From the NCBI GenBank assembly GCA_965230905.1, contig OZ246396.1:120001-152000 (forward strand): a DNA stretch of 32,000 bases. Direction: 5' to 3'. The DNA is from Candidatus Saccharimonadota bacterium (lineage in GTDB: Bacteria; Patescibacteriota; Gracilibacteria; UBA1369; 2-02-FULL-48-14). The translations under genes and the position numbers were made by a program. Below, in pieces: positions 1-9,210 of the stretch (position 1 is its first letter; each line of letters begins with the position of its first letter). A model generated the notes under the pieces. The model was not told the origin of the DNA, did not search any database, and saw only the letters and a program-made list of their open reading frames with translations.

Positions 1-2
1 CC

Positions 3-3000
3 TCCATCAGCCGCATGAATAAAACCGGACTGAACAACTTGTATTCCGAAACGAACTTCAGCTCGTCCCTCAGCGGTGAATTGGTTTCTATTAGTGGTAG
101 TCCTTATGGGGACTATGGCGCCAAAGTCGAGAGTGGAGCTTATTTGGACTATGTCTTCAATTCCTCAGATGATTCGTGGACGGTCACCGATAAATCCGGC
201 ACGGTCTACACCTTTGGTTCAACGGCGGACAGCCGCCAAGACAATCCCTCGGATTCCACTGAAATCTATAAATGGATGCTGGAAGAAATTCGTGACACGA
301 ACGACAACTATCTGCGCTATGAGTACTTTAAAGAAAATGGCCAAATCTATCCCGAGAGCATCAGCTACACTGGGAACGGCGCCACCGATGGCATCTTCCT
401 CGTTGAATTCGGTCTGGAAAGTCGGAGTGATCCCAGTAGTTTTTACAGCACGGGTTTTGAAGTTCAAACCGATTATCGCGTCAGTGGCATTGAGGTTTCA
501 ATCGATGGGACTTTGCGAAAAAGTTATGGGCTCACTTATACAACTCCGGACAATACCACACGTTCACTCCTGAAGTCCGTCACCGAATCGGGGGTGAGTG
601 AAACGGGTGTTACTACCACCTTACCGGCCACTACTTTTGATTATGCTCAATCGAGTAAGGGCTGGAGCAGTGTCAACGGGTACACTATCCCCGTATATTT
701 TTACTTTTCTGGTGACCATTCCGATAAAGGAAATGATGTTGCAGATGTGAATGGCGATGGACTTTTGGATATTATAGACAGCGGTCTCTACTCAGGCTCT
801 ACCGGCGTTGACAGCGTTTACCTCAACAACGGCGATGGAAGTGGCTGGAGTGAAGACAGCAGCTATACAGTGGGAGTTCGTTTTTGGGACAACGGCAAAA
901 ATCAAATGCGAAACACTCGCATGACGGATATCAATGGAGACGGCTTTAGCGATATCCTTTATGGAGCCATGGACTCCACCACCGACGCGAGAAAAACTTA
1001 TATTTTTGATGAAGACACTTCCACCTGGGTTGAGGACAGCGCTTACTCACTGCCGATTCGCTTCAACGATGGATACCTTGATGATTTGGGCGTTCGTCTT
1101 TTGGATGTAAACGGTGATGGCTATTCAGATTATGTGCAATCGCTCATCGACAGTAGCGGCGCTCAGCAAAGCTTGTATCTTTTTGACCCAGAAACCCAAA
1201 CTTGGAACGTCGAGACCAGTTATTCCATTCCTGTCGCATTCAATGACCGGTCCAGTAATACTGACGAAGGAGTGAGTTTGGGAGAAGTGAATGGAGATGG
1301 CTTGGTGGATATCATCAAGTCCAGATACGATGGAAGCACTCAGCAAGCGGTTTATCTAAACAACGGCGATGGAACCGGTTGGACTCAAGATACCGGGTAT
1401 TCCATTCCCGTTTATTTCTGGGAAAGTAGTGGAATCCTGTCTACCGTCGCTCAACTGATGGACGTGGACGGTGATCGTTTGGCAGATATTGTGCACTCCG
1501 ATGCGAGCCATTCGGATGTTTACATAAACCGAGGGAATGGAACCGGATGGGCCAAAGATACCGCTTATACGGTACCTGTTGATTTTGCGCTCTCTTATGG
1601 CAGCCCTGAGGGGGTTCAAAGCATGGACGTGGATGGAGATAATTTTGTAGATTTTGTGCAATCTAAACAGAGTGGAGGCACCACTACTCAGCGGGTTTAT
1701 GTGAGCAATGCAAGTCCTGAGCTTTTGGAAACCGTACACTCTTACAAAGGTTCCACGACCACGGTCAGCTATTCCCCCTCTACCGAGTTCGATAATCCCA
1801 ATCTTCCCTTTGCCATGAACTTGGTGGACTCTATTACCGTAGACGACGGCCTGGGCGATAGTAGCACCACTACATTTGACTACGAAGGCGGCGCGTATCT
1901 TTATGAAGATGAGCTCAACCGACAATTCGCCGGCTTTTCTAGCATCACTAAGACGGAAGATGGTCGAGAGACCGAGACTTTTTATGAGCAAGACGATTTG
2001 GCTTTGCTCGGCCACGCTTATCAAAGCGATGTTTATGACGAGTCGGGGAATTTGTATACGCGCAGCATAGATACCTGGGCCAGCTCGGATCTGGGTTACG
2101 ACAATGATTTTGTATATAAAAGCAAAAGCGCCACCCTCACCTACGACGGCGGAAGCAGTCATCGCGACACCGGCACCGCTTATACCTACGATTCCAATGG
2201 GAACGTTAAGACCGTGATTAATTACGGAGAGGTCACCGCTAGTTTAGATGGAACTTTCACGGACGACACTACTCTCGACGAAAAAACCACGCTCACTTAC
2301 ACCTATGCGACTGATGGTAGCGGGGGTGAAATCCGTAATAAAGTAGCAGAAGAAAAAGTTACCAACAGCGCCGGCACCGTGATTAAAAAAACGCGCTACT
2401 TTTACGACAGCAATTCTTCTTACGCCACGGTGAGCACCGGGAATCTTTTCCGTCAGGCCGATTGGTACGACGCGACCAATGGCTGGTACAACAGCTACTA
2501 CACCTACAATAGTTACGGCCTTGTGGCCACCGCCAAAAACCGGCGCTGGTATACCACCAGTTTCACCTACGATGCCTACAATCTTTACCCGGCTGTAACG
2601 ACCAATCCAAAAACTTACACCGTGAGTACGGAGTATGACTATGCGACCGGCCAAATGACCAGCCGTACCGATGAAAATGGCATCACCAGTGAGTCTACTT
2701 ACGATGGCCTCGGGCGAGTGCTCACCGTTTCGGTTCCCGATCCCACCACGGGAGTTCTGACCACCCTTTCCACCACTAGCTACGATGACACTTCTGTGCC
2801 TAGCTCTGTGAGCACCACCAGCACGGTGGGCGGCGTCACCAGCGAAAGCGTGACTTACATCGATGGCTACGGCCGAACGGTTCAAAGCAATACTTTGGCG
2901 GAGGACGGACTCTACACCACGGTGGACACTTGGTACGATTCGCTTGGAAATGTGCAAACACAAAGCCTTCCCTACTCCACGTCCAGCAGTGCGTATGGCC

Positions 3001-5333
3001 GGGACGATTCTCAATATGGCGTCAGCACTAGTTACGATCCACTCAACCGCCCTCTCACGGTCACGGCGCCCACCGGCAGCACCAGCTACGACTATTCACA
3101 GTGGGAAAACACCGTCACGGATGCGAATGGAATTTCCAAAGTTTATAACTACGATGCGGCGGGACGTCTTCTCGAAGTTGAAGAGCAAAACGACGGCGCC
3201 ACTTACAACAGTGCGTACGAATACGATCCCCTCGGACAGCTTCTCACGCTCACCGATTCGCAAGGCAATGAACGCAATTTTGATTACGATTCCTTGGGCC
3301 GAAAAATCAGCCAGGAAGATCTGCACGATCCCACCGAAACTACGTTTGGAACGTGGAGATATACTTACGATGCCAACAATAATCTCCTCACTCAAACCGA
3401 CCCCAAGGGTCAAGTGATTACCTGGGCCTACGACCTTCTTGACCGTGTGTCTTACGAAGACTGGGACATGAGTACAACCGCACGGGATTTCAATTATCTC
3501 TACGACAGTGGAACTCGCGGCCGTATGAAAATTTACCGAGTAAATTCCAACAATCAAGACATCAGCGTCTACTACAATAGCTACGATTTCTTAGGAAATC
3601 CCACCAAGGAAAGTCATTCCTATAAGAATCCCGGACTCGCCACCTATTCAAACTACATTTTTTTGAAGACCTATGATTTGCTGAGCCGTGAGACCAAGGT
3701 CACCTACCCTTTCTCCGTGCTCACGGTGAACACCACCTACAACGCCACCGGAGCCATTGAAAAAATCACCCGCGGCACCAGCACGCTCAGCAATGTGATC
3801 AGCGATATTGATTACACGCCCGCCGGCCAAGTGAGCTCAATGACCTACGCGAACGGTGTGGTGACGACCAATAGCTACGACCCTGCCGAGTCTTACCGGC
3901 TCACCAACAAAACTACCACCGGCAGTTACGGTGGCGTGTCCGGAAACATTCAAAACCTCGCCTACAGCTACGACGCTGTCGGCAATATCACGGGCATCGC
4001 CGATACGTCCATCACGCCCACGGCTAAAACCATCACGTATACCTACGATGATTTGAACCGCTTGCTCAGCAGCGCGACCAGCGGCCTTTCCGCGGGCGAT
4101 TACACCGAGACTTATACTTACGACAGCGTCGGCAATCTGACTTACAAATCGAATGTGGGTACGCTTACGTATGCGGGTACAGGCGCCGCGGCCAATCCGC
4201 ATGCCGTGACCGACGTGGCGGGAACCGCTTACACCTACGATGCCAACGGAAACATGACCTCGGATGGTACGAACAGCTACACATGGGACAAACGGAATCG
4301 TATGACGGGTAGCGGAAGCTTGGCCTTCAGCTACAACGCGGACGGCAGTCGTTACCGCACCGCCGATTCCAGCAGCGGAACTACCGTGTACAACTATTAT
4401 CTTTCACCGTACGAAGAAATCCGTAACGGCGTAAAAACTTATTACATCTTCGCCGGCAGCCAACGTGTGGCTTCCTTGGTCGGCACCACCTACACCTACT
4501 ACCACAATGACCACCTAGGCGGCACGGCTTTAACAACAGACAGCACGGGTGCCGTTACCCAAGTCTACGATTACTACCCTTACGGCAGTGAGCTTATTAA
4601 TAATCAAATAGGAACCAGTGAAATCCACCACTCCTTCACGGACAAAGAACTCGAAGACGCCCTGGGCCTCTATTACTTCGAAGCGAGGTGGTACGACGGC
4701 GACATTGGACGCTTTGGCAGTCTGGATCCGGCGCAGTTAGATAACCGTGTGTTTAAACTCATCACCGATCCCCAGAGTTTGAATTTCTATGCGTATTCTA
4801 GGAATAATCCGATTAATCTTGTGGATCCGAGTGGGGAAGTGCCAGAATGGTTAAAAAATGCAGGCCAAAATGTTTTAAGAACTCTTGATACTGTTCCAGT
4901 GACAGGAGATATATCTGATGTTTATAGTGCCATTACTGGGACCACTTTATTTTCTCAAGAAGAATTAACACCTGAAGAAAGAGCCATGACTGCAATAGCA
5001 GGTTTGGTCATTGGAGCGACTGGAGGCCAAATAAGATTAGCTGATGATATAATCGAAACGGTTGAGAGTGCAGGGACGAAAGTGGGGACAAGAAATATAG
5101 ATGGAGGAACTACAAATGCGGATGAGATACTAAATGGAGCTGAAAATTGGCTAGGAAACGGGTATAAAGAAATAGATGAAGGAGTTTTCCGATCCGCGGA
5201 CGATAGTAGGCAGTTTAGAATGACGGACAACGATTTGACTGACCCAAAGCAAGGGCCTCATACTCACTTTGAATCAGTGGGACAAGGGGGTAGCGGAAGT
5301 GTAGAAAATTCACACGTTTATCTAGAAGACTAA
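3..5333 (+). CDS. RHS/YD-repeat polymorphic toxin, 5' end outside window (SpvB-like segment, FG-GAP-type repeats, TcdB-mid-like segment, YD repeats, RHS core, variable C-terminal toxin)
   Basis: The ORF is open to the window edge (no stop between nt 3 and the first ATG at 15). The translation has about seven D[VI]NGDG[LFY]xD FG-GAP-like units and dozens of YD-repeat units (e.g. YTYDANGNMTS, YEYDPLGQLLT). It also has the RHS core (YYHNDHLGGT, LYYFEARWYDGDIGRFGSLDP) and the boundary motif NPINLVDPSGE at nt 4806-4838. Confidence 0.92.
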   Translation, partial: SISRMNKTGLNNLYSETNFSSSLSGELVSISGSPYGDYGAKVESGAYLDYVFNSSDDSWTVTDKSGTVYTFGSTADSRQDNPSDSTEIYKWMLEEIRDTNDNYLRYEYFKENGQIYPESISYTGNGATDGIFLVEFGLESRSDPSSFYSTGFEVQTDYRVSGIEVSIDGTLRKSYGLTYTTPDNTTRSLLKSVTESGVSETGVTTTLPATTFDYAQSSKGWSSVNGYTIPVYFYFSGDHSDKGNDVADVNGDGLLDIIDSGLYSGSTGVDSVYLNNGDGSGWSEDSSYTVGVRFWDNGKNQMRNTRMTDINGDGFSDILYGAMDSTTDARKTYIFDEDTSTWVEDSAYSLPIRFNDGYLDDLGVRLLDVNGDGYSDYVQSLIDSSGAQQSLYLFDPETQTWNVETSYSIPVAFNDRSSNTDEGVSLGEVNGDGLVDIIKSRYDGSTQQAVYLNNGDGTGWTQDTGYSIPVYFWESSGILSTVAQLMDVDGDRLADIVHSDASHSDVYINRGNGTGWAKDTAYTVPVDFALSYGSPEGVQSMDVDGDNFVDFVQSKQSGGTTTQRVYVSNASPELLETVHSYKGSTTTVSYSPSTEFDNPNLPFAMNLVDSITVDDGLGDSSTTTFDYEGGAYLYEDELNRQFAGFSSITKTEDGRETETFYEQDDLALLGHAYQSDVYDESGNLYTRSIDTWASSDLGYDNDFVYKSKSATLTYDGGSSHRDTGTAYTYDSNGNVKTVINYGEVTASLDGTFTDDTTLDEKTTLTYTYATDGSGGEIRNKVAEEKVTNSAGTVIKKTRYFYDSNSSYATVSTGNLFRQADWYDATNGWYNSYYTYNSYGLVATAKNRRWYTTSFTYDAYNLYPAVTTNPKTYTVSTEYDYATGQMTSRTDENGITSESTYDGLGRVLTVSVPDPTTGVLTTLSTTSYDDTSVPSSVSTTSTVGGVTSESVTYIDGYGRTVQSNTLAEDGLYTTVDTWYDSLGNVQTQSLPYSTSSSAYGRDDSQYGVSTSYDPLNRPLTVTAPTGSTSYDYSQWENTVTDANGISKVYNYDAAGRLLEVEEQNDGATYNSAYEYDPLGQLLTLTDSQGNERNFDYDSLGRKISQEDLHDPTETTFGTWRYTYDANNNLLTQTDPKGQVITWAYDLLDRVSYEDWDMSTTARDFNYLYDSGTRGRMKIYRVNSNNQDISVYYNSYDFLGNPTKESHSYKNPGLATYSNYIFLKTYDLLSRETKVTYPFSVLTVNTTYNATGAIEKITRGTSTLSNVISDIDYTPAGQVSSMTYANGVVTTNSYDPAESYRLTNKTTTGSYGGVSGNIQNLAYSYDAVGNITGIADTSITPTAKTITYTYDDLNRLLSSATSGLSAGDYTETYTYDSVGNLTYKSNVGTLTYAGTGAAANPHAVTDVAGTAYTYDANGNMTSDGTNSYTWDKRNRMTGSGSLAFSYNADGSRYRTADSSSGTTVYNYYLSPYEEIRNGVKTYYIFAGSQRVASLVGTTYTYYHNDHLGGTALTTDSTGAVTQVYDYYPYGSELINNQIGTSEIHHSFTDKELEDALGLYYFEARWYDGDIGRFGSLDPAQLDNRVFKLITDPQSLNFYAYSRNNPINLVDPSGEVPEWLKNAGQNVLRTLDTVPVTGDISDVYSAITGTTLFSQEELTPEERAMTAIAGLVIGATGGQIRLADDIIETVESAGTKVGTRNIDGGTTNADEILNGAENWLGNGYKEIDEGVFRSADDSRQFRMTDNDLTDPKQGPHTHFESVGQGGSGSVENSHVYLED
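4839..5333 (+). other. Variable C-terminal toxin module of the RHS protein: PT-TG-like pre-toxin segment plus an unclassified toxin domain of about 100 aa
   Basis: The module starts right after DPSGE. LDTVPVTGDISDVYSAITGTTLFSQEELTPEERAMTAIAGLVIG resembles the pre-toxin TG module of polymorphic toxins. The tail (NADEILNGAENWLGNGYKEIDEGVFRSADDSRQFRMTDNDLTDPKQGPHTHFESVG) is not a family I can name. GC drops from about 57% (nt 4441-4500) to about 38% (nt 4861-4920) at this boundary. Confidence 0.7.
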
Positions 5334-5338
5334 TCCAT

Positions 5339-5695
5339 ATGAAGAAATATTTATTTACCGGGATCTCTAGAAGAAAAATTGTCCCCGTAAGACATTTTAT
5401 TGGTTTTCCACCTCAACTTAATAAATCATCTAAGAATGATGAAAGGAAAATGCTCCCCCTACCAAGCATTTTAATTATCGAGTGGGATGGAAAGAGGGCT
5501 TTTCTTTACCGTTTTTTGGATGAAGAAACTGCATGCGGAGACACGTGGCATCAAACACTCGAAGATGCATTCTCTCAAGTAGATTTTGAGTATCCAGGTA
5601 TGGCGGAAGGAGATTGGGAGGAAATCCCTGGAGATTTTAGCAATTCAATTGTCGATGCTGTCGACTATATCTTTAAAAAAAGATCCGATGAATAA
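5339..5695 (+). CDS. Putative cognate immunity protein (small acidic cytosolic protein)
   Basis: The ATG lies 5 nt after the toxin stop, in the same low-GC block. This is the canonical immunity position 3' of an RHS tip. Sequence includes ILIIEWDGKRAFLYRFLDEETACGDTWHQTLEDAFSQVDFEYPGMAEGDWEEIP. An alternative start is the Met at nt 5450. Confidence 0.6.
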   Translation: MKKYLFTGISRRKIVPVRHFIGFPPQLNKSSKNDERKMLPLPSILIIEWDGKRAFLYRFLDEETACGDTWHQTLEDAFSQVDFEYPGMAEGDWEEIPGDFSNSIVDAVDYIFKKRSDE

Positions 5696-6062
5696 AAAAC
5701 TCGATCTAATAGTCATAATTGCCATCACCTTTCTCATTTCGATTGCTGCAATAGTGGCGTTCAATATGGAGTTTGGTCCAACAAAAATAGCGGCACAACT
5801 CTCAAGGCTTGTCCTATTGGTTATATTTTCCTATTTTCTTTATCAAGAAAAGCAATGGGCCAGGTGGATCTTTGTGGTTATTAGTCTTTTAGCTGGAGCA
5901 GCCAGTAGTCTAGCTGTTTTAAGTCTGGTCGGTCTGGGTGGACCTGACTTCGGAGTCGCAATGCTTACTATTGGCACAATGGCTTTGTTTTATCTAAGTG
6001 CAGGAATCTACCTTGGCTTTATAAGAAAATGGAAGAAACCACAAACTGTCATCCAACGCTGA
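5688..6062 (+). CDS. Small integral membrane protein (about 4 TM helices), part of the toxin-tip cassette
   Basis: The ATG at 5688 overlaps the upstream stop by 8 nt (ATGAATAA), suggesting coupling. The hydrophobic segments are LIVIIAITFLISIAAIVAF, LVLLVIFSYFLY, WIFVVISLLAGAASSLAVLSLV and AMLTIGTMALFYLSAGIYLGF. The track ORF start at 5586 lies inside the upstream gene and is unlikely. Confidence 0.6.
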   Translation: MNKKLDLIVIIAITFLISIAAIVAFNMEFGPTKIAAQLSRLVLLVIFSYFLYQEKQWARWIFVVISLLAGAASSLAVLSLVGLGGPDFGVAMLTIGTMALFYLSAGIYLGFIRKWKKPQTVIQR

Positions 6063-6085
6063 CGACAGTAAATTCGTCCGGCGTG

Positions 6086-6114
6086 TAGACAAAAAGGCCT
6101 TTCGATCGTAGAAT
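6086..6114 (+). promoter_or_regulatory. Candidate sigma70-type promoter for the SLH protein gene
   Basis: TAGACA (6086-6091), then a 17-nt spacer, then TAGAAT (6109-6114), located 27 nt upstream of the ATG at 6141. Confidence 0.35.
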
Positions 6115-6140
6115 ATGCTCTTAATTAGCAATCACACACC

Positions 6141-8009
6141 ATGAAAGCACTCACCCGTTTTATACTGCTAGCGTTTGTTTCTGTCCTTTCAATGCCAAGT
6201 ACATTCGCGGCGCAAAATGAGCTTACGGATGATGAACTGGCGGAATATTTAATCTTCGAAGCGGGCACCTGGTGGGACTATGTGAATTCCGTGGAATATG
6301 CGAAGGACTTCGATACATCCAGTATCAATTTTGCGGAAACTGAAGAGGAGGCAACGACCCGTATGGAGAGTCTGTCTTGCAATATCTTCCGTTGCTACAC
6401 CCTGAGTGCCGGGGAAATTTACATCGATTATTTCATCGATAACGGCAGTGTCTACATGAATAAGTACGATGGCTACGATACGAATGATTTGGAAGTGCTT
6501 TCACTGGAGGGCCTGAGCGTGAATCCCATCGGTGAAATACGGGGAGCACTTTTGGGCTATGAAAGCATGAGTGGTTACGCCAGCGATCTACAATGTGAAG
6601 TGGACGTGGGAACGTATGAATACAAGGGTTACCAAAACGACGCGCTCCAACATCTTTGCACCTACCTTATAGAGGATGTCCAGGGTGAGGAAACTCGGTT
6701 CGTAAATGTAGAATATTATTTAAAAAATTTGGGAAAGGTTTATACCGAAACCGAGTACTATCTCAACGGTGAATGGCAGGCGACCTACTCGGTTAGCTTA
6801 ACAGACACCAGTATCGACGTGGACGATTTAACGGATGACCAGAGTGGAAAAAATCTTGCTGAAACAAATTTGGATGAAGACGTTGAGCTCGCCTCCGACA
6901 ATGACGAACTTTTGGCTCAAAACATCGAAGATTATGTTGATTTTGACGACCATACCTGGTGGGAATATGAACTGAACACAACCAATTATTACGACGGAAG
7001 TTCCAGCGTCAGCCGAATGGTTGAGGGGAGTGAAAATGGCCTCGGCTTGGAAGGTTATGTAGAGGACAATATTTACTACTTGAGCGGCTACGACGGTGAG
7101 GGATTCGACGAACCCTACATTGGTTTTGATTTGAACGGCTATTCTCAAGATATTCGTGAGGATGCCTACCTCGCCCTTAGCATTGATGAAGAAACCTGGG
7201 GCGATGTGGAAAATGTAAGTATGGAGTGCGAGTATTCCCTGGATGAAAGCCGTGAAGTAGAAATGGACAACGGTGAAGCTTATGAAGACATGGCTATTTT
7301 TGAAGAGTGCAGCATGGAGTTTGAATTGGTGGAAAGCGGCGTGGTTATGGAGATGACTATAGAAAGCTACTACCTAAAGGGTCTTGGAAACACGTCGTTT
7401 GAAGCACGCGTCTACGCCAGCGGGTCTTTGCTCCTCCAAATAAGCCGTGAACTCATCAGCACCAGCTTGCTCGAAGACGCAACGTTCTCTGACGTAGACG
7501 TTGAGAACAAGAATTTTCCTGCCATCGATTACCTTTATGATGAAGAGGTGCTCGCGGGTTACGAAGACGGAAGCTTTAAACCGGAAAATACCGTGAACCG
7601 CGCCGAGCTCTTGAAGATTTTAGTGGAGGGCCAGGGCATCACCCCAGATGAAAACACCTATAAAAACTGCTTCCCGGACGTCACCACCGAGTGGTACGCC
7701 AAGTACGTTTGTTACGCTAAAGAAGAAGGTTGGGTGGGCGGTTATCCCGACGGCACTTTCCGTCCTGCCGATTCCGTGAACAAAGTGGAAGCTCTCAAAA
7801 TGCTCCTCAATTCGCAAGAAATCGCCACCGAGACCCCCGACGAAAAACCCTTCACCGATGTGGCCGTGGACGACTGGTTCGCTCCTTACGTGACCACCGC
7901 TCAAAAGCTCGAACTTCTCGAGGAAACTGGCTACTCCTTCAGCCCTGACTCCGACCGCAGCCGCGCCGGAATCGCGGAGGAGCTTTACCGCCTTTTGACG
8001 AGCCTGTAG
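6141..8009 (+). CDS. Secreted acidic cell-surface protein with duplicated N-terminal module and three C-terminal SLH domains
   Basis: Signal peptide MKALTRFILLAFVSVLSMPSTFA. There are three S-layer-homology units from about nt 7479 (FSDVDVENKNFPAIDYLYDEEVLAGYEDGSFKPENTVNRAELLKIL; FPDVTTEWYAKYVCYAKEEGWVGGYPDGTFRPADSVNKVEALKML; FTDVAVDDWFAPYVTTAQKLELL). The two N-terminal modules share TWW[DE]Y and YYLK[NG]LG motifs. Confidence 0.85.
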   Translation: MKALTRFILLAFVSVLSMPSTFAAQNELTDDELAEYLIFEAGTWWDYVNSVEYAKDFDTSSINFAETEEEATTRMESLSCNIFRCYTLSAGEIYIDYFIDNGSVYMNKYDGYDTNDLEVLSLEGLSVNPIGEIRGALLGYESMSGYASDLQCEVDVGTYEYKGYQNDALQHLCTYLIEDVQGEETRFVNVEYYLKNLGKVYTETEYYLNGEWQATYSVSLTDTSIDVDDLTDDQSGKNLAETNLDEDVELASDNDELLAQNIEDYVDFDDHTWWEYELNTTNYYDGSSSVSRMVEGSENGLGLEGYVEDNIYYLSGYDGEGFDEPYIGFDLNGYSQDIREDAYLALSIDEETWGDVENVSMECEYSLDESREVEMDNGEAYEDMAIFEECSMEFELVESGVVMEMTIESYYLKGLGNTSFEARVYASGSLLLQISRELISTSLLEDATFSDVDVENKNFPAIDYLYDEEVLAGYEDGSFKPENTVNRAELLKILVEGQGITPDENTYKNCFPDVTTEWYAKYVCYAKEEGWVGGYPDGTFRPADSVNKVEALKMLLNSQEIATETPDEKPFTDVAVDDWFAPYVTTAQKLELLEETGYSFSPDSDRSRAGIAEELYRLLTSL

Positions 8010-8018
8010 AGTAGGCAC

Positions 8019-9152
8019 ATGCAGCCACGCCAACCTGCCTACTCCCTGATCTTCGCTTTTCTGATCATGACCGTGATCATGATTATTGCGACGACCACCA
8101 TTGAAAACACCAACGAAAAGCTGGCTTATTTCACCGAAATGGAGGGCAGCACCGAGGCCGCTCTGGCCGCCCAATCCGCCGCCGAACAGGCTGTTTTGGC
8201 CATGAAGGACTACGAAGCCGGCTATTCCCTAGGGCTGGATGAGCAAGTTTTCCAAGTGGACGAAAACGGCGACGGCGACTTCGAAACCTGGGGTGATTAC
8301 ACCGTTTACTCCACCGCCCAACAGAACTCCACCGACGGCGCCACCGGCTACTACTACACCCCCATCCCCGGCACCGGCTCCGCCGCCGATGACGACGACT
8401 GCACCGTCCGCGACTCCAACCACGACGGTGACTTCGACGATGATGAAGGCGTCGACCACCCCTGCAACTGGAACAAACTCATGTACGGCCAAAGCGTCAC
8501 CATTCCTTTATACGTCTCCGACGGCAGCGAAACGGGCGTTTTGACGCCGGCCGATCTCGGCCTTAGTGCACTTTACCTTAAGGTCAGAACTCCTTGTGCT
8601 GACAACGTGGGTCAACCTGATGAAGCTGATTGTAGCAGTAGGTTTGAATTGGATACCGGAGACGGCTCTCTAGAAGAAGATAATTCTGCAATTCTTTGGC
8701 AGATTATTGTGGAAAAAACAGATGGAACGAGCGTGAGTGTGATTCCGGATGATACCTCCGCATACGACCTCTACTCTCGTAGCTATAAAAGAAATTCAAG
8801 TCTTAATACAGAAATATATGAAGATTTGATCAATTCTGCTACAGGAAACATTGTTCTTGAGATAAGCAGTTTCACCAATCCTGAAACTTATGCAATCTGC
8901 TCTAACACCGACGTCGAGACCTTATCACTTCAACTGGATATCGTAACACCCCTAATAGACAGTAGTGCTAGGTCCATACCTTATCTTGAATGGCAATTGT
9001 CTACTTCGTCCACTTCCCCCTTCGCTGATACTAAGGCCGTGATTAGTGGTGAAGGCTATCACCAGGGGAAAACGGGCATTTACTACTACCCTTTTGTGAT
9101 TACTCGCTCTACAACAGGTGAAAGTACAAGTATCTATACCTTGTCCAACTAA
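8019..9152 (+). CDS. Membrane-anchored surface protein with PilX-N-like (pseudopilin-like) N-terminus and acidic Asp-rich region
   Basis: The N-terminus QPRQPAYSLIFAFLIMTVIMIIATTTIENTNEKLAYFTEMEGSTEAALAAQSAAEQAV resembles the hydrophobic helix plus AE-rich segment of PilX_N-type minor pilins. There is no classical G/FTLIE cleavage motif. An acidic DxDxDG-like segment is present (DENGDGDFETWGD, DSNHDGDFDDDEGVD). Confidence 0.55.
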   Translation: MQPRQPAYSLIFAFLIMTVIMIIATTTIENTNEKLAYFTEMEGSTEAALAAQSAAEQAVLAMKDYEAGYSLGLDEQVFQVDENGDGDFETWGDYTVYSTAQQNSTDGATGYYYTPIPGTGSAADDDDCTVRDSNHDGDFDDDEGVDHPCNWNKLMYGQSVTIPLYVSDGSETGVLTPADLGLSALYLKVRTPCADNVGQPDEADCSSRFELDTGDGSLEEDNSAILWQIIVEKTDGTSVSVIPDDTSAYDLYSRSYKRNSSLNTEIYEDLINSATGNIVLEISSFTNPETYAICSNTDVETLSLQLDIVTPLIDSSARSIPYLEWQLSTSSTSPFADTKAVISGEGYHQGKTGIYYYPFVITRSTTGESTSIYTLSN

Positions 9153-9210
9153 AGCAGCTTGACTTTTAACAGGTTTTAGGGCATTTTTATAGTGAGTTAA
9201 CAATATAGCT

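Noticed and set aside
76-5230. Numerous 60-270-aa ORFs on other frames or the opposite strand inside the RHS gene (e.g. 1356-2162 minus, 2244-3014 minus, 2863-3417 plus, 3096-3557 minus).
   Set aside because: These are shadow ORFs of a long ORF with clear family motifs. Their translations are low-complexity, Arg/Gly/Val-rich and have no recognisable motifs.
5586-5687. Upstream extension of the small membrane protein ORF (track start 5586).
   Set aside because: The extension lies wholly inside the putative immunity gene in another frame. The ATG at 5688 gives the typical stop/start overlap and begins right before the first TM helix.
7620-8544. Antisense or alternative-frame ORFs 7620-8174 (minus), 8229-8492 (minus) and 8239-8544 (plus, Pro/Thr-rich).
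   Set aside because: They overlap the SLH and PilX-like CDSs, which have clear motifs. They are products of GC-rich, repeat-like codon usage (ACC/GCC/GAC runs).
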